Source: Candidatus Daviesbacteria bacterium (GTDB taxonomy: Bacteria; Patescibacteriota; Microgenomatia; Daviesbacterales; UBA10151). Taken from it: a stretch of DNA of 64,000 bases. Position 1 is the stretch's first letter, and each line of letters begins with the position of its first letter. Position numbers and translations under genes: made by a program. Positions 28,993-36,822 of this stretch are shown here, piece after piece. The stretch lies in assembly GCA_016184225.1 (NCBI GenBank), contig JACPDA010000004.1:538763-602762 (forward strand), in the 5' to 3' direction. Below the pieces are notes generated by a model that had not been told where the DNA came from, made no database searches, and saw only the letters and a program-made list of their open reading frames with translations.

Positions 28993-29851
28993 AGCATTTG
29001 AGAACACAAAAGCCTTCATAAAAGCCGCTCTGGCGGACAGGGCTCACCTGAAAAAACCTGGATATGTTAACGAGTATCGTTGGGTTCGGGCAAAAAATAT
29101 ACTGGGAATTTATTATTTTACCCCTACAGCCACTACCGGGGATTTAGCAAGGATGTATGGTTTTGCAAATCGGGAAAGACCGAGCCAAATTATCGAAAAT
29201 TGCTTAAAACATCTCTATTCTAATTGTTCAATTGAGACTCAGCAAGCTTATGAGTTAAGCCAGCTATACAACAAAAAGCCTTATACTTTAGAACAGTCTT
29301 TGAAAATGTCAAGGATCCTTGGAGGGGCAACTGCTGGCATAGTCTCTTTGGCTAGCCAGGGTAAAACCGCTGAGCAGATCCTTCAGGCTGGATACACAGC
29401 TCGTGAGCTGGGAAGGGCGCGCCGGTGCGCCGCCCGCTGGGGAAATAAGAGGCTTCCTTATATCAGACCGGGTTGTGTTGAAAACACTCAGTTGTTTGAA
29501 GCCTTGCAAAAAGAAGAAGACCCTGAAGAAATTAAGAAGCTGCTTGCCCGGGTGAATGCGTCCTTTTATAATTTGCATAGCAGAGGAGAGGTTCCCTTGC
29601 TTCTATCAGCGAAAAACATTTTCTTGCGAGCAGGTATTCCCAACAACTACAATAGAAGAGGTATTTATCCCCCAGGACTTATTAAACTTCTGGAAGAAAC
29701 AGATGAGCCGATACCTTTTGGATCCTTAATCAAAACTGTTAAATCAGGTCCACAAAAAGGTCCACAGGTCTATTATTTTACATTAACAAGATTTCAGGAA
29801 CCAGCTATTCGTTTGCTTAAGGCATCAGTCCTGAAGCCTAGGATAGAATAG
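28928..29851 (+). CDS. Hypothetical protein (start uncertain)
   Basis: 307-aa ORF with a GC-rich middle section (RARRCAARW). The true start is probably downstream of the 65-nt overlap. Confidence 0.3.
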   Translation: MKKIRNFIPPAEIFCIIYLVVEAFENTKAFIKAALADRAHLKKPGYVNEYRWVRAKNILGIYYFTPTATTGDLARMYGFANRERPSQIIENCLKHLYSNCSIETQQAYELSQLYNKKPYTLEQSLKMSRILGGATAGIVSLASQGKTAEQILQAGYTARELGRARRCAARWGNKRLPYIRPGCVENTQLFEALQKEEDPEEIKKLLARVNASFYNLHSRGEVPLLLSAKNIFLRAGIPNNYNRRGIYPPGLIKLLEETDEPIPFGSLIKTVKSGPQKGPQVYYFTLTRFQEPAIRLLKASVLKPRIE

Positions 29852-30990
29852 AGGTTTTTAAGACCTGGGGAATTTTTCTTTGCCAGGTCCAGAAGAAACT
29901 CTAAGGCCTTTGGGGTATTTAGGTTATTGTCTAAAATGGCAGTAAATTGCTGGATAAGAGAACCAGATTGCTTCGTCGTTTCACTCCTCGCAATGACAGA
30001 TTCTATAGTCTCAACTTTTTTTTGGGCTTGGATTAGGTTTTTCTCTTTGTATTCCCAGTTTTTGTTCCAGTGGTGGGAGAGTAGTAGCCAGCGGATAGCA
30101 TTGGGGGAGTATTTTTTAAGGAGATCGGAAACCATTACCAAATTTCCTTTGGACTTGCTCATTTTTGCTCCTTGGTAAAAAACTGTGCCGGTATGCATCC
30201 AATACCGAACAAAAGGGATTTTTCCGGTGGCTCCTTCGCTCTGGGCAATTTCCGCTTCGTGGTGGGGGAAGATTAAATCATTGCCTCCGCCGTGAATATC
30301 TATTCTCTCTCCTAAATATTCCATACTCATGGCTGAGCATTCTATATGCCAGCCCGGCCGGCCAGGACCAAAAGGGGAGTTCAAGTGAGGTATATGGGGT
30401 GGTTGGTCAGCGGTGGAGGCCCTCCAGAGGGTAATGTCCAGGGGATACCTTTTTTCCGGACATTCCAGATCCTCATCAAAGTCTAGGGAATCTTTAAACA
30501 TTTGATCCTGAGTGAGCCTGGATAACTTGCCATAATCAGGAAACTTTGCCGTATCCAAATAAACACTGTTGTTAACCCGGTAAGCTAATTCTTTATCCAG
30601 CAGATCCCGGATTAGGTCAACCATGTGGTGGATATGTCTGGAAGCTTTAACATAATGGTTGGGGTGAATCCAATTTAATGAGTGCATGTCTTGCAAAAAT
30701 TTCCTGGTCCAAAAGTCAGCCAACTTTTTCCAGGATATATGCTGCTCCTTGGCCCTATCTAAAATGTCGTGATCACGGTCATTTATGTCTGTAACATTTT
30801 GAGTGTAGGTTACTTGAAACCCCTTAAACTTTAAGTATCGGATGAGCGCGTCAAAAGAAATATAGGTAAAGGCATGGCCCAAGTGGGTGGTGTCATAAGG
30901 GGTAATGCCGCAGACATAGATAGTAACCTTATTTTTATTTAGAGGCTTAAATTCTTCTATTTTGGCGGTTAGGGAATTAAAAATGTTCAC
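29794..30990 (-). CDS. cysS: Cysteine--tRNA ligase
   Basis: HIGH motif (TTHLGHAF), KMSKS motif (KMSKSKGN), and a zinc-binding Cys (CGITPY). Confidence 0.85.
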   Translation of the reverse strand: MNIFNSLTAKIEEFKPLNKNKVTIYVCGITPYDTTHLGHAFTYISFDALIRYLKFKGFQVTYTQNVTDINDRDHDILDRAKEQHISWKKLADFWTRKFLQDMHSLNWIHPNHYVKASRHIHHMVDLIRDLLDKELAYRVNNSVYLDTAKFPDYGKLSRLTQDQMFKDSLDFDEDLECPEKRYPLDITLWRASTADQPPHIPHLNSPFGPGRPGWHIECSAMSMEYLGERIDIHGGGNDLIFPHHEAEIAQSEGATGKIPFVRYWMHTGTVFYQGAKMSKSKGNLVMVSDLLKKYSPNAIRWLLLSHHWNKNWEYKEKNLIQAQKKVETIESVIARSETTKQSGSLIQQFTAILDNNLNTPKALEFLLDLAKKNSPGLKNLYSILGFRTDALSKRIAGS

Positions 30991-31192
30991 TCACCATTGA
31001 TTTCAATAAGGATTCCGGCTCCTTCCAAATCCTCTCTGCCCTAAACCGCTCCGATGTATATTTATCCTTGTGAGTATCACACATATCAGCTATTGGGTTA
31101 TTGGGTTGTTCTTTGACATCAAATAAATGCCATTTAGCCTTTTCAGGGCACTTAGGTTCATTGCATGGTTTTGGTTCTCTTTCACTCTTCAT
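30977..31192 (-). CDS. Hypothetical small protein (CxxxxC...CxxH)
   Basis: 71-aa ORF. May form a single frameshifted gene with 31182..31457. Confidence 0.25.
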   Translation of the reverse strand: MKSEREPKPCNEPKCPEKAKWHLFDVKEQPNNPIADMCDTHKDKYTSERFRAERIWKEPESLLKSMVSEHF

Positions 31193-31457
31193 GGTTCACT
31201 TTCGGGTTAACCCAAGGGATTACCTGAAATCTTGGCAATTCAGGAGCGTCTACTGTAGTAAAAGTCCTAGGCCCTAAATCTTCCATGATTGGCCGGAAAA
31301 GTATTCTTTTGGCAGTAATGGGTTTTAAAGCCTCTCCTGCATCAGTACAAGGCCGGGAGATAATCACCTCTTTTTCAATACGAATATAGCCCACAACTCT
31401 TTCAGACATATGATATTTTGAAAATCCTACATTGGCAGAAGATGACAGGGTAGGCAC
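31182..31457 (-). CDS. Hypothetical protein
   Basis: 91-aa ORF with no recognised motif. Confidence 0.25.
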   Translation of the reverse strand: MPTLSSSANVGFSKYHMSERVVGYIRIEKEVIISRPCTDAGEALKPITAKRILFRPIMEDLGPRTFTTVDAPELPRFQVIPWVNPKVNHEE

Positions 31458-31562
31458 AATAGTATTACTTATATCATATCAGCCAGCGTATATCAAGAAT
31501 CAGTAGGTTTAAAGATGCGTGAATATTTTGTATAATACAATCTGCTCTCTCCAAAATTCTAC

Positions 31563-31611
31563 GGGCCGGTAGCTCAGCCCCGATTAAATCGGGGTCAGCG
31601 GTAGAGCAGGA
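31563..31611 (+). pseudogene. tRNA-Lys 5' fragment (positions about 1-28) with a 19-nt hairpin insertion in the D-loop
   Basis: gggccggtagctcag[ccccgattaaatcggggtc]agcggtagagcagga matches the 5' part of the intact tRNA-Lys at 31801, then diverges. Confidence 0.65.
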
Positions 31612-31617
31612 TTGTGT

Positions 31618-31810
31618 ATGTTTTACATGTATATACTAAAAAGCCTTGATGAACGGTACTATATCGGTTCAACAAATGATTTAGTATGAGTTAGTTCATA
31701 AAGAAGAGTATGAAACACTTATTGAAGCAAGAGAACGAGAGAAGAAGCTTAAGTCATATAAAAGTAAAAAATATATAAAATGGTTAGTTAGTAAAAATTT
31801 GGGCCGGTAG
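31618..31810 (+). pseudogene. Decayed GIY-YIG nuclease gene (UPF0213/YhbQ-like), with a frameshift and internal deletion
   Basis: ATG...MFYMYILKSLDERYYIGSTNDLV* gives the GIY-x10-YIG motif. The +1 frame continues VHKEEYETLIEAREREKKLKSYKSKKYIKWLVSKNLGR* and ends inside the first 10 nt of tRNA-Lys. Confidence 0.55.
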
Positions 31811-31872
31811 CTCAGCGGTAGAGCAGGAGCCTTTTAAGCTCTTGGTCCAGGGTTCGATTCCCTGCCGGCTCA
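31801..31872 (+). tRNA. tRNA-Lys (anticodon TTT)
   Basis: GGGCCGGTAGCTCAGCGGTAGAGCAGGAGCCTTTTAAGCTCTTGGTCCAGGGTTCGATTCCCTGCCGGCTCA. Confidence 0.8.
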
Positions 31873-31875
31873 CAG

Positions 31876-32838
31876 ATGATCACACAAATCAACTGGGTTG
31901 ATTTTGTAATTGCCGGTATACTACTGGCCTTTGCCCTAGAGGCTGTGGGCAGGCCCCTGATTTTGGAGCTTTTGGACCTGACCAGTTTTGTTTTGGCCGG
32001 CCTGCTATCTTTTAACTACTATAACCTGCCGGCCAGGTTTTTTGAGAGCCGGTTTAGCGTTCCCCACGGCTTGAGTTTAGTTTTAGGTTTTATGGCGGTT
32101 TGGTTTTTATCAGAAGTAGTTTTTTATTTGTTGGCCAGGCTCTTTTTACAAAGGACAACCAGGCTTAAGGTTCCCGCATCCAGGGCTTTATCGGCGATAC
32201 CGGCGTTGCTTCGGGGGTTAATATTCGTGGCCTTAGCCTTGGTTATGGTGGCCACTTTCCCTATTCAGCCGGCCGTCAAAAAAGCTGTTTTAGATTCAAG
32301 GATAGGCAGCCAAATTTTAAGGTATGCATATGCTCTGGAGCAGCCTGTCAAGCAAGTCTTCGGCGGGGTAGCCAATGATTCCCTCACCTTTCTGACGATC
32401 AAGCCTAAGACCGACCAACGGGTGGACTTAGGTTTTCAAACCAGTGAGTTTTCTGTTGATGAGAAATCAGAGGTAGCAATGGTTAACTTAGTTAATAAGG
32501 AAAGAGCTGCCAGGGGGTTAAAAGCGCTAACTTTAGATGTGCGGCTTCGGGCTATAGCCAGGGACTATAGCGGCGATATGTTCCGTAGAGGATATTTTTC
32601 CCACTATTCTCCGGAAGGGTTATCTGTAGCAGACCGGGTTTTAAATGCGGGAATTGACTTTTTGGTAGTGGGAGAAAACCTGGCTTATGCGCCGGATGTG
32701 GTATCAGCGCATAAAGGATTTATGAATTCGGAAGGCCACCGGGCCAATATTTTATCGGAAGATTATTCTAAGGTGGGGATAGGCGTAATGGATGGAGGTG
32801 TGTATGGCCGGATGTTTACCCAGGTATTTGCGAACTAG
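31876..32838 (+). CDS. CvpA-like membrane domain fused to a CAP/SCP (PR-1-like) domain
   Basis: N-terminal four-TM colicin V production-like region. C-terminal CAP motifs (GYFSHYSPEG...GENLAY...HRANIL). Confidence 0.55.
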   Translation: MITQINWVDFVIAGILLAFALEAVGRPLILELLDLTSFVLAGLLSFNYYNLPARFFESRFSVPHGLSLVLGFMAVWFLSEVVFYLLARLFLQRTTRLKVPASRALSAIPALLRGLIFVALALVMVATFPIQPAVKKAVLDSRIGSQILRYAYALEQPVKQVFGGVANDSLTFLTIKPKTDQRVDLGFQTSEFSVDEKSEVAMVNLVNKERAARGLKALTLDVRLRAIARDYSGDMFRRGYFSHYSPEGLSVADRVLNAGIDFLVVGENLAYAPDVVSAHKGFMNSEGHRANILSEDYSKVGIGVMDGGVYGRMFTQVFAN

Positions 32839-32855
32839 ACGGTAGATGATAGAAG

Positions 32856-33455
32856 TTGGAAGATAGATTGTTGAAGATGGAAGATAGAAGTTGGAATACG
32901 AGATTACTGATTGGTTTAAGTTTAGTAATTTTATTTTTAGGAGTTGGTTTTTTATGGTTTGGGTTAAATCCTAAGACGTTGGAGCAACCCACCCTGTCTT
33001 TAGAAGCTACCCAGCAGGCCACTGGTTCTGCCACGCAAGGAGTGGAGGGAGAAAGAGCTTTGGTGACTAAGGTGGTGGATGGTGATACCATTGTGGTAAA
33101 CGGCGAACAAACAATCCGTCTTATAGGGATAGATACGCCTGAAACAGTTGATCCGCGCCGCCCGGTTGCCTGTTTCGGAAAGGAAGCCAGTAGCGAAACT
33201 AAAAGCTTGTTGTCCGGAAAAGAGGTGATTCTGCAGAAAGATGTTTCAGAAATTGATAAATATAAAAGGCTGCTGCGCTATGTTTTCCTGCCGCTTCCCT
33301 CCGGGCAAACGCTGTTTGTTAATGATTATTTAGTGAGGGAGGGATTTGCCAAAGTCTTAACTTATCCCCCTGATGTTAAATATAACACCCAGTTCAGGCA
33401 GGCGGAGACAGAGGCCAGGGAAGAAAACCGGGGGTTGTGGGGCAGATGCAGGTAG
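32856..33455 (+). CDS. Thermonuclease (SNase-like) family protein
   Basis: VVDGDTIVVNG...IRLIGIDTPET and later YKRLLRYV...VREGFA. Confidence 0.75.
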   Translation: MEDRLLKMEDRSWNTRLLIGLSLVILFLGVGFLWFGLNPKTLEQPTLSLEATQQATGSATQGVEGERALVTKVVDGDTIVVNGEQTIRLIGIDTPETVDPRRPVACFGKEASSETKSLLSGKEVILQKDVSEIDKYKRLLRYVFLPLPSGQTLFVNDYLVREGFAKVLTYPPDVKYNTQFRQAETEAREENRGLWGRCR

Positions 33456-33474
33456 TATGATAAACTAAGGTAAA

Positions 33475-33960
33475 ATGAAAAAATTCATTTTTCAGTTTGC
33501 GCTTTTAGTGATAGGTATTTTTGCGGTACTATTTTTTTATCAAAAAAACCCAGACCTCTCGGGATTACCGTTTGTGCCTGAGCGGTCGGTATTTAAGGAA
33601 CTGCAGATTAATAGCGTCAAGCTTAAAGTTGAGATAGCGGATACTCAAAGCAAAAGAAGCAAAGGCTTGGGAGGAAGAGAAGCTTTGGCATCCGATGAGG
33701 GGATGTTATTTATCTTTCCAAAAACGGAAAGGCACCCCTTTTGGATGAAGGGCTTAAGTTTCCCGTTAGATTTTATTTGGATCAGGGGAGAGGTAGTGGT
33801 AGATCTGTTCCAAAATATACAGCCTCCAACCCCGGACCAGCCTGATGAGTCGCTGCCCATCTATCAATCAAAAGAAGAGGTGGATCAGGTTTTGGAAGTT
33901 TTGGGCGGGACAGCAGCGGGGTTGAAACTTAAAATAGGAGATATGGTAAAGGTAATATGA
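33475..33960 (+). CDS. DUF192 (COG1430) domain protein
   Basis: ADTQSKRSKGLGGRE...GMLFIFP...PFWMKGLSFPLDFIWI. Confidence 0.65.
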   Translation: MKKFIFQFALLVIGIFAVLFFYQKNPDLSGLPFVPERSVFKELQINSVKLKVEIADTQSKRSKGLGGREALASDEGMLFIFPKTERHPFWMKGLSFPLDFIWIRGEVVVDLFQNIQPPTPDQPDESLPIYQSKEEVDQVLEVLGGTAAGLKLKIGDMVKVI

Positions 33961-35696
33961 CGGAAATTCTGCCCATCAGATTATTGCGGGACGAGGACAG
34001 TTTGATTTTTGGGTCATTAAACGTATCTTTGGGAAAACTGGCAAGAATGGATTTTCCGGTTGCGCCTGGTATTGCAGTTACACCACCCACCTTAAAACTT
34101 AAAACTACTTTAGAGAGTTTTGACTTTGGCAGAAAAGAAGTCTTTCAGCAAACCCTTACTTTGGTTAAAATTAAGATAAATAAAATCCCGGTGCCGGAAG
34201 TTTTGATTCGTGAAGCCGGCAATCATAAGGTATTTTTTTTAGACGGAAGGAAAATTAAAGGGCTTAAGGCTTTGTGGGTCGATCTTTTGGACTTTTGGTT
34301 GGAACAGCTTAAAACCAGGCTTTGGAATGGTGGATTTTATCCCGGTATCACGGAAAACTTAAGCCCAAAAGTGGTGGCCTTTGTTAACAATCCGGAAGCC
34401 TTTGTTACCTCCTATGAAGACAATTTGCAGGATGATGTGGTAGTAAATACCAAATCAGGCAAGTTACACCCCACTGATTTGAAGAAAATAGTGGAATTAA
34501 CAGAGTTAGCTGATAAAAAACTGTTTATCCCTAATGAATATGAGTGGGTAGTAGACAGGGGGGTTAAGCTGGTGGGGATAAAGCCATATACTCCAAACCA
34601 TGTCATTCCGGGGACGAACGAAGTGAGAACTCCGGAATCTGATTCTGGACGCGCTGCGCTTGCCAGAATGACAGAAAGTAAAAGCAAAAGTGCTGTTAAA
34701 GTTTTTTTTGATTTATCTCAAGGGTTGGTGGTTGAGAAAGATGTGGACCCCGATTCAATCGGGGTGGACGGAGTTTATATTGCTTCCGAGAAAATTTTTG
34801 ACTTAAACAAGCCTCACGAATCCTTTGATAATCTGGTTTTTAAATTAGTAGAATCTGCTATGACTTTCCCTGACTCTCCTGTTCTTTTTAAATTGGCAGA
34901 TAAATCAGAGGGGATGGGTAAAGTCCGGGGAGCCTTGCGGCTAATTCACCAAAAGAATCTTCTTGATCCATTGTTGGATGCTTTAGATTTTGCCCGCCAT
35001 AAAAGGGGTCTTAATAATATCCATATAGTTATCCCTTTTGTCCGGGGAGTGGGTGAGCTTTTACAGGTTAAAAGAGAGTTGGCCACCAAAAAGCTGATGA
35101 GGAAAGCCTCTTTGCAATACTGGATGGAAGTGGCAATTCCGGAGAACATTATTAATATGGAAGATTATCTTTTGAGCGGGATTGACGGGGTAGTCTTAAA
35201 CTTAAATGAGCTGTTAGCCCATTTAAATGGGTTTGATCCGGCGGAGCCGGAGCTGTCTTTATACAAAAATGAAGTTAGTGGATTAATTAAATTTTTGGAA
35301 GACGGCATTAGGCTTTTGCACAAATCCCAGGTTCCCTTTATAGCTTATGGCAGTTTAAGCCTCTATCCAAAGGTTTTAGAGTTTTTGGTGGGAAAAGGGG
35401 TCTATGGGGTGGTGGTGGAGAAGTACGAAGCCCACTCAGCCCATGACCTGCTACATCAGACAGAAAAAAAGGCTGATTTTAAGAAGGTCAGTTTGACTCA
35501 CCTCGAAGGTGAAGGAAATGCGGTTACACCTTCGAGGTGGAATAAAAGGACATATTCTCCTTTGGGTCCGCCAGTTGGCGGGTTGAGCTCTTCCAGCCAC
35601 TTTGTGATAGGTTTTGATTCCACACTCTGGTGGATTTTGGTAAGTTCATGGGCTAGTACTATTTCCATATTTCCAAAAACTTCTTTCATGTCCTGA
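33957..35696 (+). CDS. PEP-utilizing enzyme family protein (PEP synthase/PPDK-like N-terminal and TIM-barrel domains, with no phospho-His domain recognised)
   Basis: N-terminal LGKLARMDFPVAPGIAVT. C-terminal IPFVRGVGELLQ...GIDGVVLNLNEL. The last 60 or so codons read through a REP doublet and overlap rsmI, so the true stop is likely earlier or was lost. Confidence 0.45.
   Translation: MTEILPIRLLRDEDSLIFGSLNVSLGKLARMDFPVAPGIAVTPPTLKLKTTLESFDFGRKEVFQQTLTLVKIKINKIPVPEVLIREAGNHKVFFLDGRKIKGLKALWVDLLDFWLEQLKTRLWNGGFYPGITENLSPKVVAFVNNPEAFVTSYEDNLQDDVVVNTKSGKLHPTDLKKIVELTELADKKLFIPNEYEWVVDRGVKLVGIKPYTPNHVIPGTNEVRTPESDSGRAALARMTESKSKSAVKVFFDLSQGLVVEKDVDPDSIGVDGVYIASEKIFDLNKPHESFDNLVFKLVESAMTFPDSPVLFKLADKSEGMGKVRGALRLIHQKNLLDPLLDALDFARHKRGLNNIHIVIPFVRGVGELLQVKRELATKKLMRKASLQYWMEVAIPENIINMEDYLLSGIDGVVLNLNELLAHLNGFDPAEPELSLYKNEVSGLIKFLEDGIRLLHKSQVPFIAYGSLSLYPKVLEFLVGKGVYGVVVEKYEAHSAHDLLHQTEKKADFKKVSLTHLEGEGNAVTPSRWNKRTYSPLGPPVGGLSSSSHFVIGFDSTLWWILVSSWASTISIFPKTSFMS
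34746..34765. repeat. ccccgatt-family hairpin inside the PEP-like ORF
   Basis: gaccccgattcaatcggggt, read as DPDSIGVD as in dnaE. Confidence 0.65.
35497..35545. repeat. REP doublet (two cores in inverted orientation) in the overlap of the PEP-like ORF and rsmI
   Basis: CACCTCGAAGGTG at 35501..35513 and CACCTTCGAGGTG at 35529..35541. Confidence 0.7.
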
Positions 35697-36244
35697 AGTG
35701 ATTTAATCAACTTATGGGGAGCTACAAAAATAATATAAGTCAGTTTCAACCCCAGTTCACCTGGAAGGTGTCTGTGTTGTTCACCTTCCAGGTGTAGCTT
35801 GGAAAGTTTTTTTAGTAGATCCATTCTGTGGCCAGGTTTCTCCGGCAAGTACCCTAAAAACATAAATTTATCAGGTGGCAATCCTGACAGTGTTAAGGCC
35901 GTGATCACGGAGGATGGACCTGGGAGGGAATCAACCTGAATCCCCTGGTGTAAGCATTCCCTTACTAGTTTGAAACCAGGGTCACAGATGAGTGGTGTCC
36001 CGGCATCAGAAACCAGAGCCAGGTTCTGTCCGGATTTTAACCTGTCAATAATCTGCGGAAAACTTTTCGATTCGTTGTAGTCATTCAAAATAATGAGCGG
36101 TTTCTTGATTTGGTAGTGATTTAAAAGAAGGGAGGTTCTTCTGGTATCTTCGCAAATTACGGCGTCCACAGACTGCAAGGTTTCCAAAACCCTTAAGGTG
36201 ATATCTTTTAAATTACCGATAGGCGTAGGCACAATGTATAGCAT
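35498..36244 (-). CDS. rsmI: 16S rRNA (cytidine1402-2'-O)-methyltransferase
   Basis: MLYIVPTPIGNLKDITLRVLETL...DAVICEDTRRT. The C-terminal tail is encoded by a REP copy. Confidence 0.8.
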   Translation of the reverse strand: MLYIVPTPIGNLKDITLRVLETLQSVDAVICEDTRRTSLLLNHYQIKKPLIILNDYNESKSFPQIIDRLKSGQNLALVSDAGTPLICDPGFKLVRECLHQGIQVDSLPGPSSVITALTLSGLPPDKFMFLGYLPEKPGHRMDLLKKLSKLHLEGEQHRHLPGELGLKLTYIIFVAPHKLIKSLQDMKEVFGNMEIVLAHELTKIHQSVESKPITKWLEELNPPTGGPKGEYVLLFHLEGVTAFPSPSR

Positions 36245-36287
36245 ACCGATGAAAGTATATCATGATCGATGTAAGAGAGAAGTTTTC

Positions 36288-36398
36288 AGCTGAGGGGTAG
36301 GATCAAGAATTATTTTTAAAGACATTTATTTATGTGTTGTCTTCTTTTTATTCTTAAGTATTAACCTAAAGTTAATTTCCTACCCCCAGCCTGAATGA
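36288..36398. repeat. IR-flanked AT-rich ~110-nt element (MITE-like), copy 1
   Basis: ctgaggggtaggatcaagaatt ... ttcctacccccagcctga. Homologous ends to 40974..41111. Confidence 0.5.
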
Positions 36399-36435
36399 TT
36401 TAAATTTATCACGAAATAAACAAAGATTCTGTTAT

Positions 36436-36822
36436 TTATATCACAGGATTTAAAACGTTTCTGACTTGTTCAACTACATCGGCAAGTTTGACATTGCTTT
36501 TAACCAAAAAATCATAAACCCCGATCTTCATTGCTTCTGAGACTTTTCTCTGGTCATTTAAATTAGACAGGATAATGACAGGTACTCCTTTGCCCCACTC
36601 ATCCCTCCGTAACTTCTTAAGCATAGTCAACCCGTCCATTTTGGGTAAAATAACATCCAGTAAGATTAAGTCCGGACGGTTTTGCAAAGCCAGCCTGATG
36701 CCTGCTTCCGCGCTTTGGGCTGTGTTGACTGCAAACCCGGAGTCTTTAAATTTGTCAGCCAAAAGTTCCAACAGAATAGTTTCATCTTCGATAACCAATA
36801 TTTTCTTCGTTTGTTTTCTCAT
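36436..36822 (-). CDS. Response regulator, receiver domain only (CheY-like)
   Basis: KKILVIEDE...LILLDVILPKMDG...K: the Asp, Asp and Lys signature residues. Confidence 0.75.
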   Translation of the reverse strand: MRKQTKKILVIEDETILLELLADKFKDSGFAVNTAQSAEAGIRLALQNRPDLILLDVILPKMDGLTMLKKLRRDEWGKGVPVIILSNLNDQRKVSEAMKIGVYDFLVKSNVKLADVVEQVRNVLNPVI

